Shown here one piece after another: positions 52,337 through 63,323 of a stretch of DNA of 64,000 nucleotides. Under the pieces are notes generated by a model. The model saw only the letters and a program-made list of their open reading frames with translations. It had not been told where the DNA came from and did no database searches. Source of the stretch: an uncultured Clostridia bacterium (lineage in GTDB: Bacteria > Bacillota > Clostridia > TANB77 > CAG-508); contig CANRFH010000002.1 in assembly GCA_947629835.1 (NCBI GenBank), positions 4,263 to 68,262 of the forward strand. The letters run 5' to 3'. Position numbers and translations under genes: made by a program. Each line of letters begins with the position of its first letter. Positions within the stretch are counted from its first letter, which is position 1.

Positions 52337-53458
52337 ATGCGAGCAATAATTGCTTGTGCAGGAACTGCTGGACATATAAACCCAGGTCTTGCAATAGCTA
52401 ATATAATAAAAGAAAATGACGAAAACGCAAATATATTGTTTATAGGAACTGAAAGAGGTTTAGAGCAAGATTTAGTTCCAAGAGCAGGATATAAACTAAG
52501 AACGATAGAAGCATATGGATTAAGCAAAAAAATCAGTTTTGAAAATTTGAAAAATATGTTTAAAACTTTATTAGGTTTTTCACAAGCTAAAAAAATCATA
52601 AAAAGCTTTGAGCCTGATGTTGTAATAGGTACAGGCGGATACATATGCGGAGCAGTAATTTATGCTGCACATAAATTAAAAGTTCCAACTATGCTTCATG
52701 AAAGTAATGCATTTCCAGGAAAAGCAGTAACAATGCTTGCTAAAAAAACTGATACAATCATGGTAAGTTTTTCTGATGCAGTGAGTAGAATTCCTAAAGC
52801 TAATAGAGTTGTTTTAACAGGAACACCAACAAGAAATATAAGAAAAAATTTAAGTGTAAATGATAAAATAAGAGAAATAGAAAAATATGGACTTAATCCT
52901 GCAAAACCAACGGTGCTTATATTTGGAGGAAGTCAAGGAGCAAAAAAACTAAATGATACAGTAGTTGATCTTGTAGATAAAAAGCTAAATAAAAAATATC
53001 AAATACTTTTGGTTGCAGGAAAAAAACTATATGAAGAAGTAACAAAAGAAATGCAGAAAAGAAATCTATACTTAGATAAACTAAATAGCATTAAAGTTGA
53101 ACCATATATATATGAGATGGCAGAAATAATGAATTCCGCAGATATTATGGTTTGTAGAAGCGGAGCTACAACAATTACGGAACTTACTAAACTTGGAAAA
53201 CCTTCAATACTTGTACCACTTCCAAATGTTTCAAATAATCATCAACAGTATAATGCAGAGGTATTAGAAAAAATAGGTGCTGCAAGAATTATAAAAAATG
53301 ATGATTTAACAGCAGAAATTTTAAATGAGTACATTGAAGGTATGCTTGATGGAAATAATACAAAAATAATGGGACAAATGGCAAAATCACTTTTCATACC
53401 AAATGTAGAAAACAAAATATATGAGGAAATAGAAACATTAGTAAATAAGGGAAATTAA
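52337..53458 (+). CDS. murG: UDP-GlcNAc--MurNAc-pentapeptide GlcNAc transferase.
   Basis: RBS GAGGGAGG. MRAIIACAGTAGHINPGLAIA. Confidence 0.85.
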   Translation: MRAIIACAGTAGHINPGLAIANIIKENDENANILFIGTERGLEQDLVPRAGYKLRTIEAYGLSKKISFENLKNMFKTLLGFSQAKKIIKSFEPDVVIGTGGYICGAVIYAAHKLKVPTMLHESNAFPGKAVTMLAKKTDTIMVSFSDAVSRIPKANRVVLTGTPTRNIRKNLSVNDKIREIEKYGLNPAKPTVLIFGGSQGAKKLNDTVVDLVDKKLNKKYQILLVAGKKLYEEVTKEMQKRNLYLDKLNSIKVEPYIYEMAEIMNSADIMVCRSGATTITELTKLGKPSILVPLPNVSNNHQQYNAEVLEKIGAARIIKNDDLTAEILNEYIEGMLDGNNTKIMGQMAKSLFIPNVENKIYEEIETLVNKGN

Positions 53459-56089
53459 ATGAACAAAAAAGATATAAAGAAAAGATTAAAAAAGCAAGTA
53501 AATAAAGAAGATATAAAAAAAATATTTTTGTATATAGCTGCATTTACTATTCCAGCAGGAATAATGGTAGCTATATTTGCTTATCTTGGAATTTTCCCAT
53601 TTGGAGAAAAATGCTATTTACCAGTAGATGCAACTGGACAATATGTTAGCTACTTAAATTATTTTAGAAATATATTTTCTGAAGGAAGCAGTATATTTTA
53701 TTCTTTAAGTAAATCATTAGGTGGGGACATGTACGGACTATTTGCATATTATTTAAATAGTCCATATAACTTTGTAACTCTTCTATTTCAAAAAACAGTT
53801 ACACCATTTGCATTTGCTTTAATAATAATCTTAAAGACAGGTTCATGTGGAGCAACTTTTCTTTATTATCTAAATAGAAGGAAAAAAGCGAATTTCTCTA
53901 ATTTAATTTTTTCTACAATGTATGCAATGTGTGCATATGTTATAATGTATGGATTTAATATAATGTGGCTTGATGCAGTTATATTATTACCAATAGTATT
54001 GGCAGGAATAGATGATATAGTAAAGCATAAGAAATTTGCACTTTATACAGTTTCACTATCACTTACTTTAATTATAAATTATTATGTAGGATTTATGGTA
54101 TGCATATTTTCAGTTATCTATTTTGCATACAAAATGCTACTTAGGAAAGTAAGACCAGTTAAACAATTTTTTAAAAAAATTGGAATTTTTATATTGTGCT
54201 CAATAATTGCAGCATTGATTGCAGGAGTAATACTAATTCCAGTATTTTTTGACATTCAAGAAGGACGAGCAGACTTTACATTAGAAAGATTTACTTTAGA
54301 TAAAAATTTTGAAATACCAGAGTTTATTTGTAAATTCTTTACAAATTCTTTTGACTTAGAAGCAGTTAAAAATGATGCTGCACCACCAGTATTTTGTGGA
54401 GTGCTTGCAAATGTGCTTGCTATATTATATTTTTTGAATAAAAAAATAAGTATAAAAGAAAAAATATTGTCACTTTTTGTTATTGCAATATTTGTACTAA
54501 GTTTTTACTTCAATGGAGCAAATTTAGTTTGGACAATGGGAAATGTACCTGCATGGTACAGATATAGATATGCATTTGCATTTTCATTTATGTATATATT
54601 ATTTGCAAAAAGAGAATTTGAAAATTTAAAAAAAGGGACAAAAGCATGGCATATAATAATTACAATACTTATCTATCAAGGAGTATCAATATTTATTTCA
54701 AACTGTAATTATGAATTTTTAGATAAAAATTCAATAAAAATAGATATGATATTAGTTTTAGTTTTCTCATTATTACTAATACTATATAAAAAAAGATTAA
54801 AAAAGGAAAGAAAGCTAAATAAATTTTATTTGCCAGTCATAACTTTAATTATATATTTGTTAAGTACAGGAAATTTAACTAATAATGCAATAACTACGAT
54901 GAAGATACTTAGAGAAGACACAAGTGGAATAAAGCAAGTACAATATGGAGTTCAATGTGAAGGATATCAAAACATTATAAATAATTTGAAAAAATATGAT
55001 AATGATATATATAGGATAGAAAAAGAACTTAGTTTAAATATGAATGATCCTTTATCTTTCGGATACTATGGAATCACTTTTTCAGCATCAACATATTCAG
55101 AAGAATTATATACTTTCTTAAATAGACTAGGATTAGAACAATATTATGTAGTTGCAGATTATTCAGAAAATACAAATAAAGCAGTAGATATGCTATTAGG
55201 TATAAAATATATTATATCAAATAACAATGAAGGAATAAAAAAAGAATATAAAAAGGAATATGAAGAAGAAGAAGGTTTATCAATATACAAAAACCCTTAT
55301 GCTTTGACACTTGGTTATTTTGTAGATGATGAAATACTAAATGTTAATATGGATAAATCAGATACATTTGATTTGCAAAATACAATATTAAAGAGTATTA
55401 CAGGATTTGATAAAGATGTATATATAAAGCATAATGGAGAAATTATAAAGAATACAGAAAATCTAGACGAACATAAAAAAATAGATAAAGAAAAAGATGC
55501 AAAAGTTATTTATGAGTTTGAAGTAGAAAACGAAAATGATTTATATTTATATTTCTTAAAAAACAATGCAGGGGAAGCAGAAATATATGTAAATGGAGAA
55601 AAGCAAGTAGATTTAGAAACAGATAAAAATGAAATGCTAAATCTAGGGAAGAGAAAACTAGGAGAAAAAATTACAGTTGAAATAAAGGCAAAAGAAGATG
55701 AACTAAAAGAAAATAAATTATATGTGTATTATGAAGATGAAGAAATATTATTAGTACATTATAACATTTTAAAAAATGGACAAATTGAACTAAAAGAGAA
55801 AAATAACACACACTATGAGTGCAATATAAATTCAAAAAATAATAAGAAATATTTATTACTTACAATTCCTTATAGTGATTATTGGAAAATTACAGTAGAT
55901 GGAAAGCCTACAAATGCCCAAAAAGCACTAGGAGCATTAACTTTAATAGAGATAAATAGTGACGCTAAAAGTGTGCAATTAACATACACTAATAGCAAAA
56001 TTATATATGGAGCAATTTTATCAGTAATTGGTATAGTAGGCTTTGGAATTATAATTTTTATAAATAGAAAAAATCATTTGACTTATTGA
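53459..56089 (+). CDS. yfhO: YfhO-family polytopic membrane glycosyltransferase.
   Basis: 876 aa. YfhO N-terminal pattern (GEKCYLPVDATGQYVSYLNYFR) and a C-terminal extracellular domain. Confidence 0.7.
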   Translation: MNKKDIKKRLKKQVNKEDIKKIFLYIAAFTIPAGIMVAIFAYLGIFPFGEKCYLPVDATGQYVSYLNYFRNIFSEGSSIFYSLSKSLGGDMYGLFAYYLNSPYNFVTLLFQKTVTPFAFALIIILKTGSCGATFLYYLNRRKKANFSNLIFSTMYAMCAYVIMYGFNIMWLDAVILLPIVLAGIDDIVKHKKFALYTVSLSLTLIINYYVGFMVCIFSVIYFAYKMLLRKVRPVKQFFKKIGIFILCSIIAALIAGVILIPVFFDIQEGRADFTLERFTLDKNFEIPEFICKFFTNSFDLEAVKNDAAPPVFCGVLANVLAILYFLNKKISIKEKILSLFVIAIFVLSFYFNGANLVWTMGNVPAWYRYRYAFAFSFMYILFAKREFENLKKGTKAWHIIITILIYQGVSIFISNCNYEFLDKNSIKIDMILVLVFSLLLILYKKRLKKERKLNKFYLPVITLIIYLLSTGNLTNNAITTMKILREDTSGIKQVQYGVQCEGYQNIINNLKKYDNDIYRIEKELSLNMNDPLSFGYYGITFSASTYSEELYTFLNRLGLEQYYVVADYSENTNKAVDMLLGIKYIISNNNEGIKKEYKKEYEEEEGLSIYKNPYALTLGYFVDDEILNVNMDKSDTFDLQNTILKSITGFDKDVYIKHNGEIIKNTENLDEHKKIDKEKDAKVIYEFEVENENDLYLYFLKNNAGEAEIYVNGEKQVDLETDKNEMLNLGKRKLGEKITVEIKAKEDELKENKLYVYYEDEEILLVHYNILKNGQIELKEKNNTHYECNINSKNNKKYLLLTIPYSDYWKITVDGKPTNAQKALGALTLIEINSDAKSVQLTYTNSKIIYGAILSVIGIVGFGIIIFINRKNHLTY

Positions 56090-56134
56090 GATAAATAATG
56101 TAAAATAGCAAAAAAGAAGTGGAGGTATTTTTGA

Positions 56135-58138
56135 GTGGCAGATAGATTAATAATTGTGGAATCACCAGCAAAAGCTAATACAATCAAAAAGTTCTTAGGA
56201 GGAAATACCAAAGTTGTCGCATCTATGGGGCATATTAGGGATTTACCAAAATCAAAACTAGGTGTAAATATAGAAAATGATTTTGAACCAGAATATATAA
56301 ATATAAGAGGAAAAGGAGAACTAATTAAAAGCTTAAAAAAGGAAGCCTCAAAAGCAAGTAAAGTATATCTTGCAACCGACCCTGATCGTGAAGGAGAAGC
56401 AATAGCATGGCATCTAGCACACATATTAGAGATAGATGAAAATAGCGAGTCAAGAATTACTTTTAATGAAATTACAAAAGATGCAGTAAAAGAAGCAATA
56501 AAAAAGCCAAGAACATTAGATAAGAACCTGATAGATGCACAACAAGCAAGGAGAGTGCTTGATAGAATAGTAGGTTATAAGATAAGTCCATTACTTTGGG
56601 CAAAGGTAAGAAAAGGATTATCTGCTGGAAGAGTACAATCCGTAGCGGTTAGATTAATAGTAGAAAGAGAAGAAGAAATTGAAAAATTTATACCTGAGGA
56701 ATATTGGAACATATATGCTAACTTATCTGATAAAGAAACAAAAACTATATTTGAAGCAAAACTTGTAGGTAAAGATGGAAAAAAATTAGAATTAAGTAAT
56801 GAAGAACAGGTAAATGAAATACTTAAAGAAATAGATAAAGAAAAATATATAGTAAAAAGTATAAAGAAAAGTGAAAAAAAGAGAAGTCCTGCACCACCAT
56901 TTACCACAAGCACTTTGCAACAAGAAGCATCAAGAAAACTTGGATTTACAATCAAAAAAACAATGTCTGTTGCACAAGCTTTGTATGAAGGTGTAAAAAT
57001 AGGAGATAGAGGACTAACTGGACTTATAACATACATGAGAACTGACTCTGTAAGAATATCTGAAGTTGCAAGAAGTGCAGCTAAAAAACATATCGAGAAA
57101 ACTTATGGAAAAGAATATTATGAGAATAGATATTATAAATCAAAAGCAGATTCACAAGATGCACATGAGGCAATAAGACCATCATATATAGAGCTTACGC
57201 CTGACAGTATAAAAGAAAGCTTAAATGCTGACCAATATAAGTTATATAGATTAATATATAATAGATTTATTGCAAGTCAAATGGCAAATGCAGTATATGA
57301 TACAATGTCTGTTTCAATAGATGCGGGAAACTATAATTTTAAGTCAAATGGACAAAAATTAAAATTCAAAGGATTTATTGCACTATATGTAGAAACAGAA
57401 GAAGAAGATGGAGAGAAGATTCCTGATTTAAAAGAAAATGAAGAATTAAAAAAGGAAAAACTAGATGCAAAACAAAGTTTTACAGAACCACCACCAAGAT
57501 ACACAGAAGCAAGTTTAGTAAAAGCCTTAGAAGAAAAAGGAATAGGAAGACCAAGTACCTATTCTCCAATCATTACTACAATTATAGAGAGAAGATATAT
57601 AGAAAGAGAACAGAAACAGCTAGTTCCAACAGAACTTGGAAAAGTTGTAAATAAAATTTTAACAGGAAATTTTGAAGATATAATCAATGTAGATTTTACA
57701 GCTCAAAAAGAAAAAGATTTTGATAATATAGCAGAAGGAAAAGAAAATTGGAAAAATACAATAAGAAGTTTTTACAAACCATTTGAAGAAGAACTCATTC
57801 AAGCACAAAAAGACTTAGAACATGTACAGCTTGAAGAAGAAGTTTCTGATGTACCTTGTGAAAAATGCGGAAGAATGATGGTAGTAAAATATGGAAGATT
57901 TGGAAAATTCTTAGCATGTCCTGGATATCCAGAATGTAAAAATACGAAACCAATAGTTGAAACCATAAAAGAAGTCTGCCCAAAATGCGGTGGCAAAATT
58001 TTAGTTAGAAAAAGCAAAAAAGGAAAAAAATTCTACATTTGCGAGAATAACCCAAACGGAAATTGCGATTTTATATCTTGGAATAAACCAGGAAGTAAGC
58101 CAAAAACTAGAAAAAAATCTAAATCAACTAAAAAGTAA
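56135..58138 (+). CDS. topA: DNA topoisomerase I.
   Basis: GTG start with RBS GGAGG. TOPRIM E...DxD. Active-site Tyr region. C-terminal zinc ribbons. Confidence 0.85.
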   Translation: MADRLIIVESPAKANTIKKFLGGNTKVVASMGHIRDLPKSKLGVNIENDFEPEYINIRGKGELIKSLKKEASKASKVYLATDPDREGEAIAWHLAHILEIDENSESRITFNEITKDAVKEAIKKPRTLDKNLIDAQQARRVLDRIVGYKISPLLWAKVRKGLSAGRVQSVAVRLIVEREEEIEKFIPEEYWNIYANLSDKETKTIFEAKLVGKDGKKLELSNEEQVNEILKEIDKEKYIVKSIKKSEKKRSPAPPFTTSTLQQEASRKLGFTIKKTMSVAQALYEGVKIGDRGLTGLITYMRTDSVRISEVARSAAKKHIEKTYGKEYYENRYYKSKADSQDAHEAIRPSYIELTPDSIKESLNADQYKLYRLIYNRFIASQMANAVYDTMSVSIDAGNYNFKSNGQKLKFKGFIALYVETEEEDGEKIPDLKENEELKKEKLDAKQSFTEPPPRYTEASLVKALEEKGIGRPSTYSPIITTIIERRYIEREQKQLVPTELGKVVNKILTGNFEDIINVDFTAQKEKDFDNIAEGKENWKNTIRSFYKPFEEELIQAQKDLEHVQLEEEVSDVPCEKCGRMMVVKYGRFGKFLACPGYPECKNTKPIVETIKEVCPKCGGKILVRKSKKGKKFYICENNPNGNCDFISWNKPGSKPKTRKKSKSTKK

Positions 58139-58147
58139 TATTTAAAT

Positions 58148-58186
58148 GGACTAAATAAAATTTGTAAGTTTTATTTAGTCTATTTT
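58148..58186 (+). terminator. Rho-independent terminator after topA.
   Basis: ggactaaataaaa/ttttatttagtc followed by TATTTT. Confidence 0.55.
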
Positions 58187-58386
58187 AGTTTAATATATTG
58201 AATGTGTTATAAAATGTTACAAAAGCATTACATTTAAATTACATTTTTATTAAAACTATTGACTTTTCACAATATAATTATAAAATATAATCATATTATG
58301 GTGTTAATTGTAAATAGTTAAAAATATTTCAAGTATGAAAATATTTTACTTGTAAAACATAATAAAAAAATACAAAGGAGAATAAA

Positions 58387-60027
58387 ATGGCTAGTTGCTT
58401 AGGATTATATATAGAAGACAATATAATTAAATATGCAAAAGTTTCAAAAGAAAATGATATAATTAAAATAGATTCATTCGGAATAAAATTTTATGACAAA
58501 CTAGATGAAGCAATAAATCAAGTTATTGCCGAAACATACAGCTATAAAACTCCAATAAGTATCAATACTACAAATGAAAGATATAATTACTTTTCTGTAT
58601 TTAATTTATTGAACAAAAAAGATGTAAGAAGTTATATAAAAACTGAATTTGAATCAATATGCTATGAAAATGATCTAAATGCAGATACTTTCGAAACTAG
58701 ATATGTATTAGTAGATGACTTAGATGATAGAGAAAAAATAAAAGCAATTCATATATCTGAAAATAAGGGAGAACTTGCAAGAAAGATAGATATGTTAAGC
58801 AGATATAAATTATCATCAGTGACACCTCTTGCATTTGATTTATCAAACTTATTAGATACAAAAGTCATTAAAGGAAATGAAAATATTGCAATAGTTAATA
58901 TAGAAAATAAAACTACAATCACAACTATAATTAATCAGAGAATATATGACATTATAAAAATAGATGATGGCGTAGAAACCATATTAAACAAAATAAATTC
59001 AAAAGAAAACTCATATTCAAAAGCTTATGAAATTTGTAAAAATTCAACAATATATACTAGTGATGGCAAGGAACTTCAATATGAAGAAAACGCATATCTA
59101 GACGATATTATGCCTACATTATATAATATTGTAGGACAAGTAAGAAAAACACTATTAGATAGCTTAAATAAAATAGATAAAATTTATATAACAGGAACAG
59201 CAGCTGTTATAAATAATATTGATATATATTTCCAAGAATACCTTGAAGATACAAAATGTGAAATATTAAGACCATATTTCATTCATGCATTAGGAACAGA
59301 AATAAACATAAAAGATTATATAGAGGTAAACTCTGCTATTGCATTAGCTTTGCAAGGACTAGGTGAAGGAATAAAAGGAATAAACTTTAAGAAAGATATG
59401 TTATCTGATAAGTTACCAAGTTGGATGGCAATTGAAGTAGGGGGATCTGGTGGAGGTTCAGAGAAAACAAAGGAATTACTAGAAAAGCTTAATCTTAAAA
59501 TCGATTTTAAGGATGCATTAACATCAGTTGAGAAAAATCTAATAAGAAGTGCTGTTGGAATACTCTTAATCATTATAACTTATGGAATTTTTTCTTCTGT
59601 TTTGTCATCACAGATACAAAGCAAAAGAAAAGAAATTCAAGATTCAACAAGCTATTTTCAGAGCCAAGTAGCTTTAATTAATAGTGATAAATCAGAGTTA
59701 GATGTGAAATCAGCCAAATATAGTGAATTATTGGCAAACTTAGAAGAACAAAATAAAGTAGATTCAAATAACAAAAGATTAAAATATGCAATACCTACGT
59801 TATTAAACAAAATAATGTATTCAATACCTGTTAACGTACAACTAACGTTAATAGAAAATACATCAGATGATAAAATTAGAATTGTTGCACAATCAGACAG
59901 ACAAGAGCAAATAGGATTATTTACTGCAAAACTTAGAAATGATGTAATATTGAAAAATGTAGTAACTGATTCTTCAGTACAATTAAATGGAGTTGTTGTT
60001 GTAACAATAGAAGGAGAATTGCCATGA
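58387..60027 (+). CDS. pilM: Type IV pilus assembly protein, PilM (actin-like) fused to a PilN-like TM/coiled-coil module.
   Basis: ASCLGLYIEDNII start typical of PilM. A TM helix at ~aa 390, then a coiled coil. Confidence 0.6.
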   Translation: MASCLGLYIEDNIIKYAKVSKENDIIKIDSFGIKFYDKLDEAINQVIAETYSYKTPISINTTNERYNYFSVFNLLNKKDVRSYIKTEFESICYENDLNADTFETRYVLVDDLDDREKIKAIHISENKGELARKIDMLSRYKLSSVTPLAFDLSNLLDTKVIKGNENIAIVNIENKTTITTIINQRIYDIIKIDDGVETILNKINSKENSYSKAYEICKNSTIYTSDGKELQYEENAYLDDIMPTLYNIVGQVRKTLLDSLNKIDKIYITGTAAVINNIDIYFQEYLEDTKCEILRPYFIHALGTEINIKDYIEVNSAIALALQGLGEGIKGINFKKDMLSDKLPSWMAIEVGGSGGGSEKTKELLEKLNLKIDFKDALTSVEKNLIRSAVGILLIIITYGIFSSVLSSQIQSKRKEIQDSTSYFQSQVALINSDKSELDVKSAKYSELLANLEEQNKVDSNNKRLKYAIPTLLNKIMYSIPVNVQLTLIENTSDDKIRIVAQSDRQEQIGLFTAKLRNDVILKNVVTDSSVQLNGVVVVTIEGELP

Positions 60028-60764
60028 GAAAATTTTTAATTATGATTTTAATAGTGATTCTTCTAGTAGCACTAGGGTTTATGGCAATACAAGGATTAGA
60101 AATTGGAAATTTTAGAATAAACTCAATTAAAGATATTATTGAAGACAATAAAAGATTAGACGAAGAATTAGCTACATTAAGTTCCTCTATCGATAATGAT
60201 TATGAAACATATAAAACAAATTTACAAAATAGTTTACAAACTTTATTAAAAAATAAACAAAATTATCAAGATGCAATAACATTTAGCACAGAAGACGAAA
60301 TACAAAAAGCAAATAAGAGTGAAACATATAAAATTGATTATTTATGGACAAAAATTGGATTTTATGCAACAAAAAATGGTGTAGAGTTGCAAATGAATGT
60401 AACTAATAGTAGTAGTGGCATTCAATCACAATATGATATATCATTCACAGCCACAGGAGAATATCTTTCTATTTCAGAATTTATATATGCAATAGAAAAT
60501 GACTCAAATTTAGGATTCAAAATAGAAAAGTTTAACTTAGGAAATTATGCAGGAACAAAAACTGATGAAAATGGAAATACAGTTTCTGATAACTTATTGA
60601 GAGCAACCTTCATTGTAAGAAATGTTGCATTAGATCAAAATTCACTTACAACTGTCCAACCAGCAACATCAGGAGCATACAATATGACAGATCAGGGAGC
60701 AAGTCAGACACAAACAGATTCTACAAGCAATTCAAGTCAAGCTCAATCAGAAACAAACGAATAA
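60024..60764 (+). CDS. pilO: PilO-like bitopic pilus assembly protein.
   Basis: N-terminal TM, coiled coil, and operon position. Confidence 0.4.
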   Translation: MRKFLIMILIVILLVALGFMAIQGLEIGNFRINSIKDIIEDNKRLDEELATLSSSIDNDYETYKTNLQNSLQTLLKNKQNYQDAITFSTEDEIQKANKSETYKIDYLWTKIGFYATKNGVELQMNVTNSSSGIQSQYDISFTATGEYLSISEFIYAIENDSNLGFKIEKFNLGNYAGTKTDENGNTVSDNLLRATFIVRNVALDQNSLTTVQPATSGAYNMTDQGASQTQTDSTSNSSQAQSETNE

Positions 60765-60785
60765 TGAATAAAGGGAGGAATACCG

Positions 60786-61202
60786 ATGATAAAATCGATA
60801 ATAAAAGAGATTATAATTGTACTTTTATTATTAGTTGCAATAGTATTAGCACTAGGCGTTTTATTCTATGAATATATACCTACAAACAAGACAGTGCCAA
60901 GTGTTGCAGAATATACAACTTCTGAGGTAATAAAAAATGAAATAGAAGATCAAGTTGTAGATGAACAAGAAGTTTTAGTGACATATGAAATAACAGCACA
61001 AGATTTAAAAACTTATGAAAAAACAAAAGATTACAAAAAGGGAAAAGCAAACCCATTCTCAACTTATGTTACTAAACCTGCAGAAACAAATGATAACAAT
61101 AATGTAGCTAATACAGGTGATGGAAATACTTCGGTAAATCCAGATACAAATACTGAATCACCAAGTGGAGATACCTACTATAAGGATACAGGTACAAAGT
61201 AA
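60786..61202 (+). CDS. Hypothetical bitopic membrane protein in the pilus operon.
   Basis: TM helix plus an Asn/Thr-rich tail. Confidence 0.35.
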   Translation: MIKSIIKEIIIVLLLLVAIVLALGVLFYEYIPTNKTVPSVAEYTTSEVIKNEIEDQVVDEQEVLVTYEITAQDLKTYEKTKDYKKGKANPFSTYVTKPAETNDNNNVANTGDGNTSVNPDTNTESPSGDTYYKDTGTK

Positions 61203-61258
61203 AATTAGTTATATTTATTTAAATAAATATAAAAAAAATTTATAAGGAGGAGTTTTTT

Positions 61259-61495
61259 ATGTTCAAAGGAGAAAATGGTATTACACTAGTAGCATTAATT
61301 ATCACAATAATCATCTTAGTTATCTTAGCAGCAGTTTCAATTACAGCAGTAACAGAGGGTAATTTAATTGGTTGGTCAAGTGACGCAGCTGGAAAATACA
61401 TTAATGCAACAAACGACGAAAATAAGACATTAAGCGAATTTCAATCAAGATGGTCATCAGTAGATTCTGTTTTAAGCTCAAAATTAGGTGGATAG
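61259..61495 (+). CDS. Pilin-like protein with a non-canonical prepilin N-terminus (G|ITLVALI, no Glu at +5).
   Basis: RBS aGGAGGag. Short charged leader ending in G, then a ~22-aa hydrophobic helix. Confidence 0.35.
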   Translation: MFKGENGITLVALIITIIILVILAAVSITAVTEGNLIGWSSDAAGKYINATNDENKTLSEFQSRWSSVDSVLSSKLGG

Positions 61496-61637
61496 TAGAC
61501 TGCAACAAAAGATAATTTTGTGAAATAAACATATGTTGTGAAATTGATCAAAATTACAACCTTAGGCATATACATTTCAAATATGTATATGCCTAAAAAT
61601 TTAAAAATACAAAAGAAAAAAGAGGTGAATCTCGCAA

Positions 61638-62417
61638 ATGGAAATCTTTATATACACCATAATATTCATAATAGGAGCTTTTTTTGGAAGCTTTTGTACA
61701 TTAGCTGTATATAGAATTCCGTTAGGTGAAGATATTGTATATAAACATTCATTTTGCCCAAATTGTAAAGCAAAATTAACTTTTAAAGATTTAATACCTA
61801 TTGTAAGTTATATAGCTTTAAAAGGAAAGTGCTCACATTGTGGAGAAAAGATAAGAATTAGATATTTACTTTTAGAGATTTTATCAGGATTAGTATTTTT
61901 ACTATTTGCACTTTCACTTAAAATGAGTTTTTTAAATATGGATTTAAATACTATAATATATTTTTCGCTATTTATCTTATATTTTGTAAGTTTATTTATA
62001 ATAGCAGGGATTGATAAAGAAAAAATACAAGTTCAAAAATCCTTACTAGTTTTTGGTATAGTTTTATCTTGCATTTATATGATATATGTATGTATAGGTG
62101 GATTTGATTTGCAAACTATATATACATATATCATATATTTAGTATCAATAATTTTGATATTAATTATGGATATAATTTTTATGAAGAAAAAAAATTATGA
62201 AAATTATACAATGCAAGTACTACTTTTAAGCATATATATGATGATATTTTCAGGTACGTATATTTTCTATTTAACAGCAGTATTAGCTTTAATAGGAATT
62301 TTACTTGTAAGTTTAAATAAAGAAAAAGAAAAAATACCTATTGCATTCTATTTATGCATCTCAAATATCATTATAATTATAGCATACAATTTTTTATGTA
62401 ATTGGGTGATAAGATGA
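61638..62417 (+). CDS. pilD: Prepilin peptidase (A24).
   Basis: CPNCKAKL...CSHCGEKI zinc motif, and the AGIDKEK catalytic region. Confidence 0.8.
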   Translation: MEIFIYTIIFIIGAFFGSFCTLAVYRIPLGEDIVYKHSFCPNCKAKLTFKDLIPIVSYIALKGKCSHCGEKIRIRYLLLEILSGLVFLLFALSLKMSFLNMDLNTIIYFSLFILYFVSLFIIAGIDKEKIQVQKSLLVFGIVLSCIYMIYVCIGGFDLQTIYTYIIYLVSIILILIMDIIFMKKKNYENYTMQVLLLSIYMMIFSGTYIFYLTAVLALIGILLVSLNKEKEKIPIAFYLCISNIIIIIAYNFLCNWVIR

Positions 62418-62860
62418 CTATAAATTTAAAGAATAATAAAGGAATCACAACAGTAGATATTGGACTAGCTTTGATAATTGTTGTACTTTTTGCAATAGCT
62501 ATGACATCTTTATTCTATAATGCATATCTATCTTCAACAGAGGCAAAAAGAACAGCTAATGGCTTAAATTATGCAGTAGATATATTTGAAAACATTGCAA
62601 ATCAAGATTTTAGCAGTGTTACACCAATTTCTGCACTATCAGGTATAAAAGAAATTGAAGATGTAAGTGAAAGTAGTAGTCAGACAGGTTCTGCGACTGC
62701 AAAAATAGGAACATATGATATAACGCTAGATATAAAAAATTATAGAGATACAGATAAAATAAAGATTATTACATTAAAAATAAAATATCCTGTATCTAGG
62801 GAAAACACGGAGACTATTGAATTACAAAGATTAAAAGTTATTGAGAAAGAGGAAATATAG
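62414..62860 (+). CDS. Minor pilin/pseudopilin candidate (G|ITTVD, acidic residue at +5).
   Basis: ATGA overlap with the pilD stop. Leader ending in G followed by a hydrophobic helix. Confidence 0.4.
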   Translation: MTINLKNNKGITTVDIGLALIIVVLFAIAMTSLFYNAYLSSTEAKRTANGLNYAVDIFENIANQDFSSVTPISALSGIKEIEDVSESSSQTGSATAKIGTYDITLDIKNYRDTDKIKIITLKIKYPVSRENTETIELQRLKVIEKEEI

Positions 62861-63286
62861 ATGAAAAAAGAACATGGTGTTACATTAATTTCTTTAATTA
62901 TATATATAATTGTATTACTCTTTGTTTTGACAATTGTAACTAAACTTACTTCAGCTTTATATTTTAATTTGCATGATATGGACAAACAATCTGATGCAGT
63001 AGTCAGCATTTCAAAGTTTAATATGTATTTCTTGAATGATATAAAAAATAAACCTGTAACTGCAAGTGTAAGTGGAACAGATAGCATAGAATTAACTTAT
63101 TCAAATAACTCAGAAAAGATAACATATTCAAAAACAAATAAGGCATTATATAGAAATAAAGTTAAGGTATTTGATAATTTAGATGAAATAACAATTACAA
63201 AAACTGGACAAACTATACAAGTCTATTTAAAAATAGGAGATTATTCAAAAATTATAAAATATACAATTGAACAAAAAGCAATATAA
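62861..63286 (+). CDS. Minor pilin-like protein.
   Basis: MKKEHG|VTLISLIIYIIVLLFVL N-terminus. Confidence 0.35.
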   Translation: MKKEHGVTLISLIIYIIVLLFVLTIVTKLTSALYFNLHDMDKQSDAVVSISKFNMYFLNDIKNKPVTASVSGTDSIELTYSNNSEKITYSKTNKALYRNKVKVFDNLDEITITKTGQTIQVYLKIGDYSKIIKYTIEQKAI

Positions 63287-63323
63287 TATTAGAATTTTAT
63301 TCAAATGAGGAGGAGATAATCAA

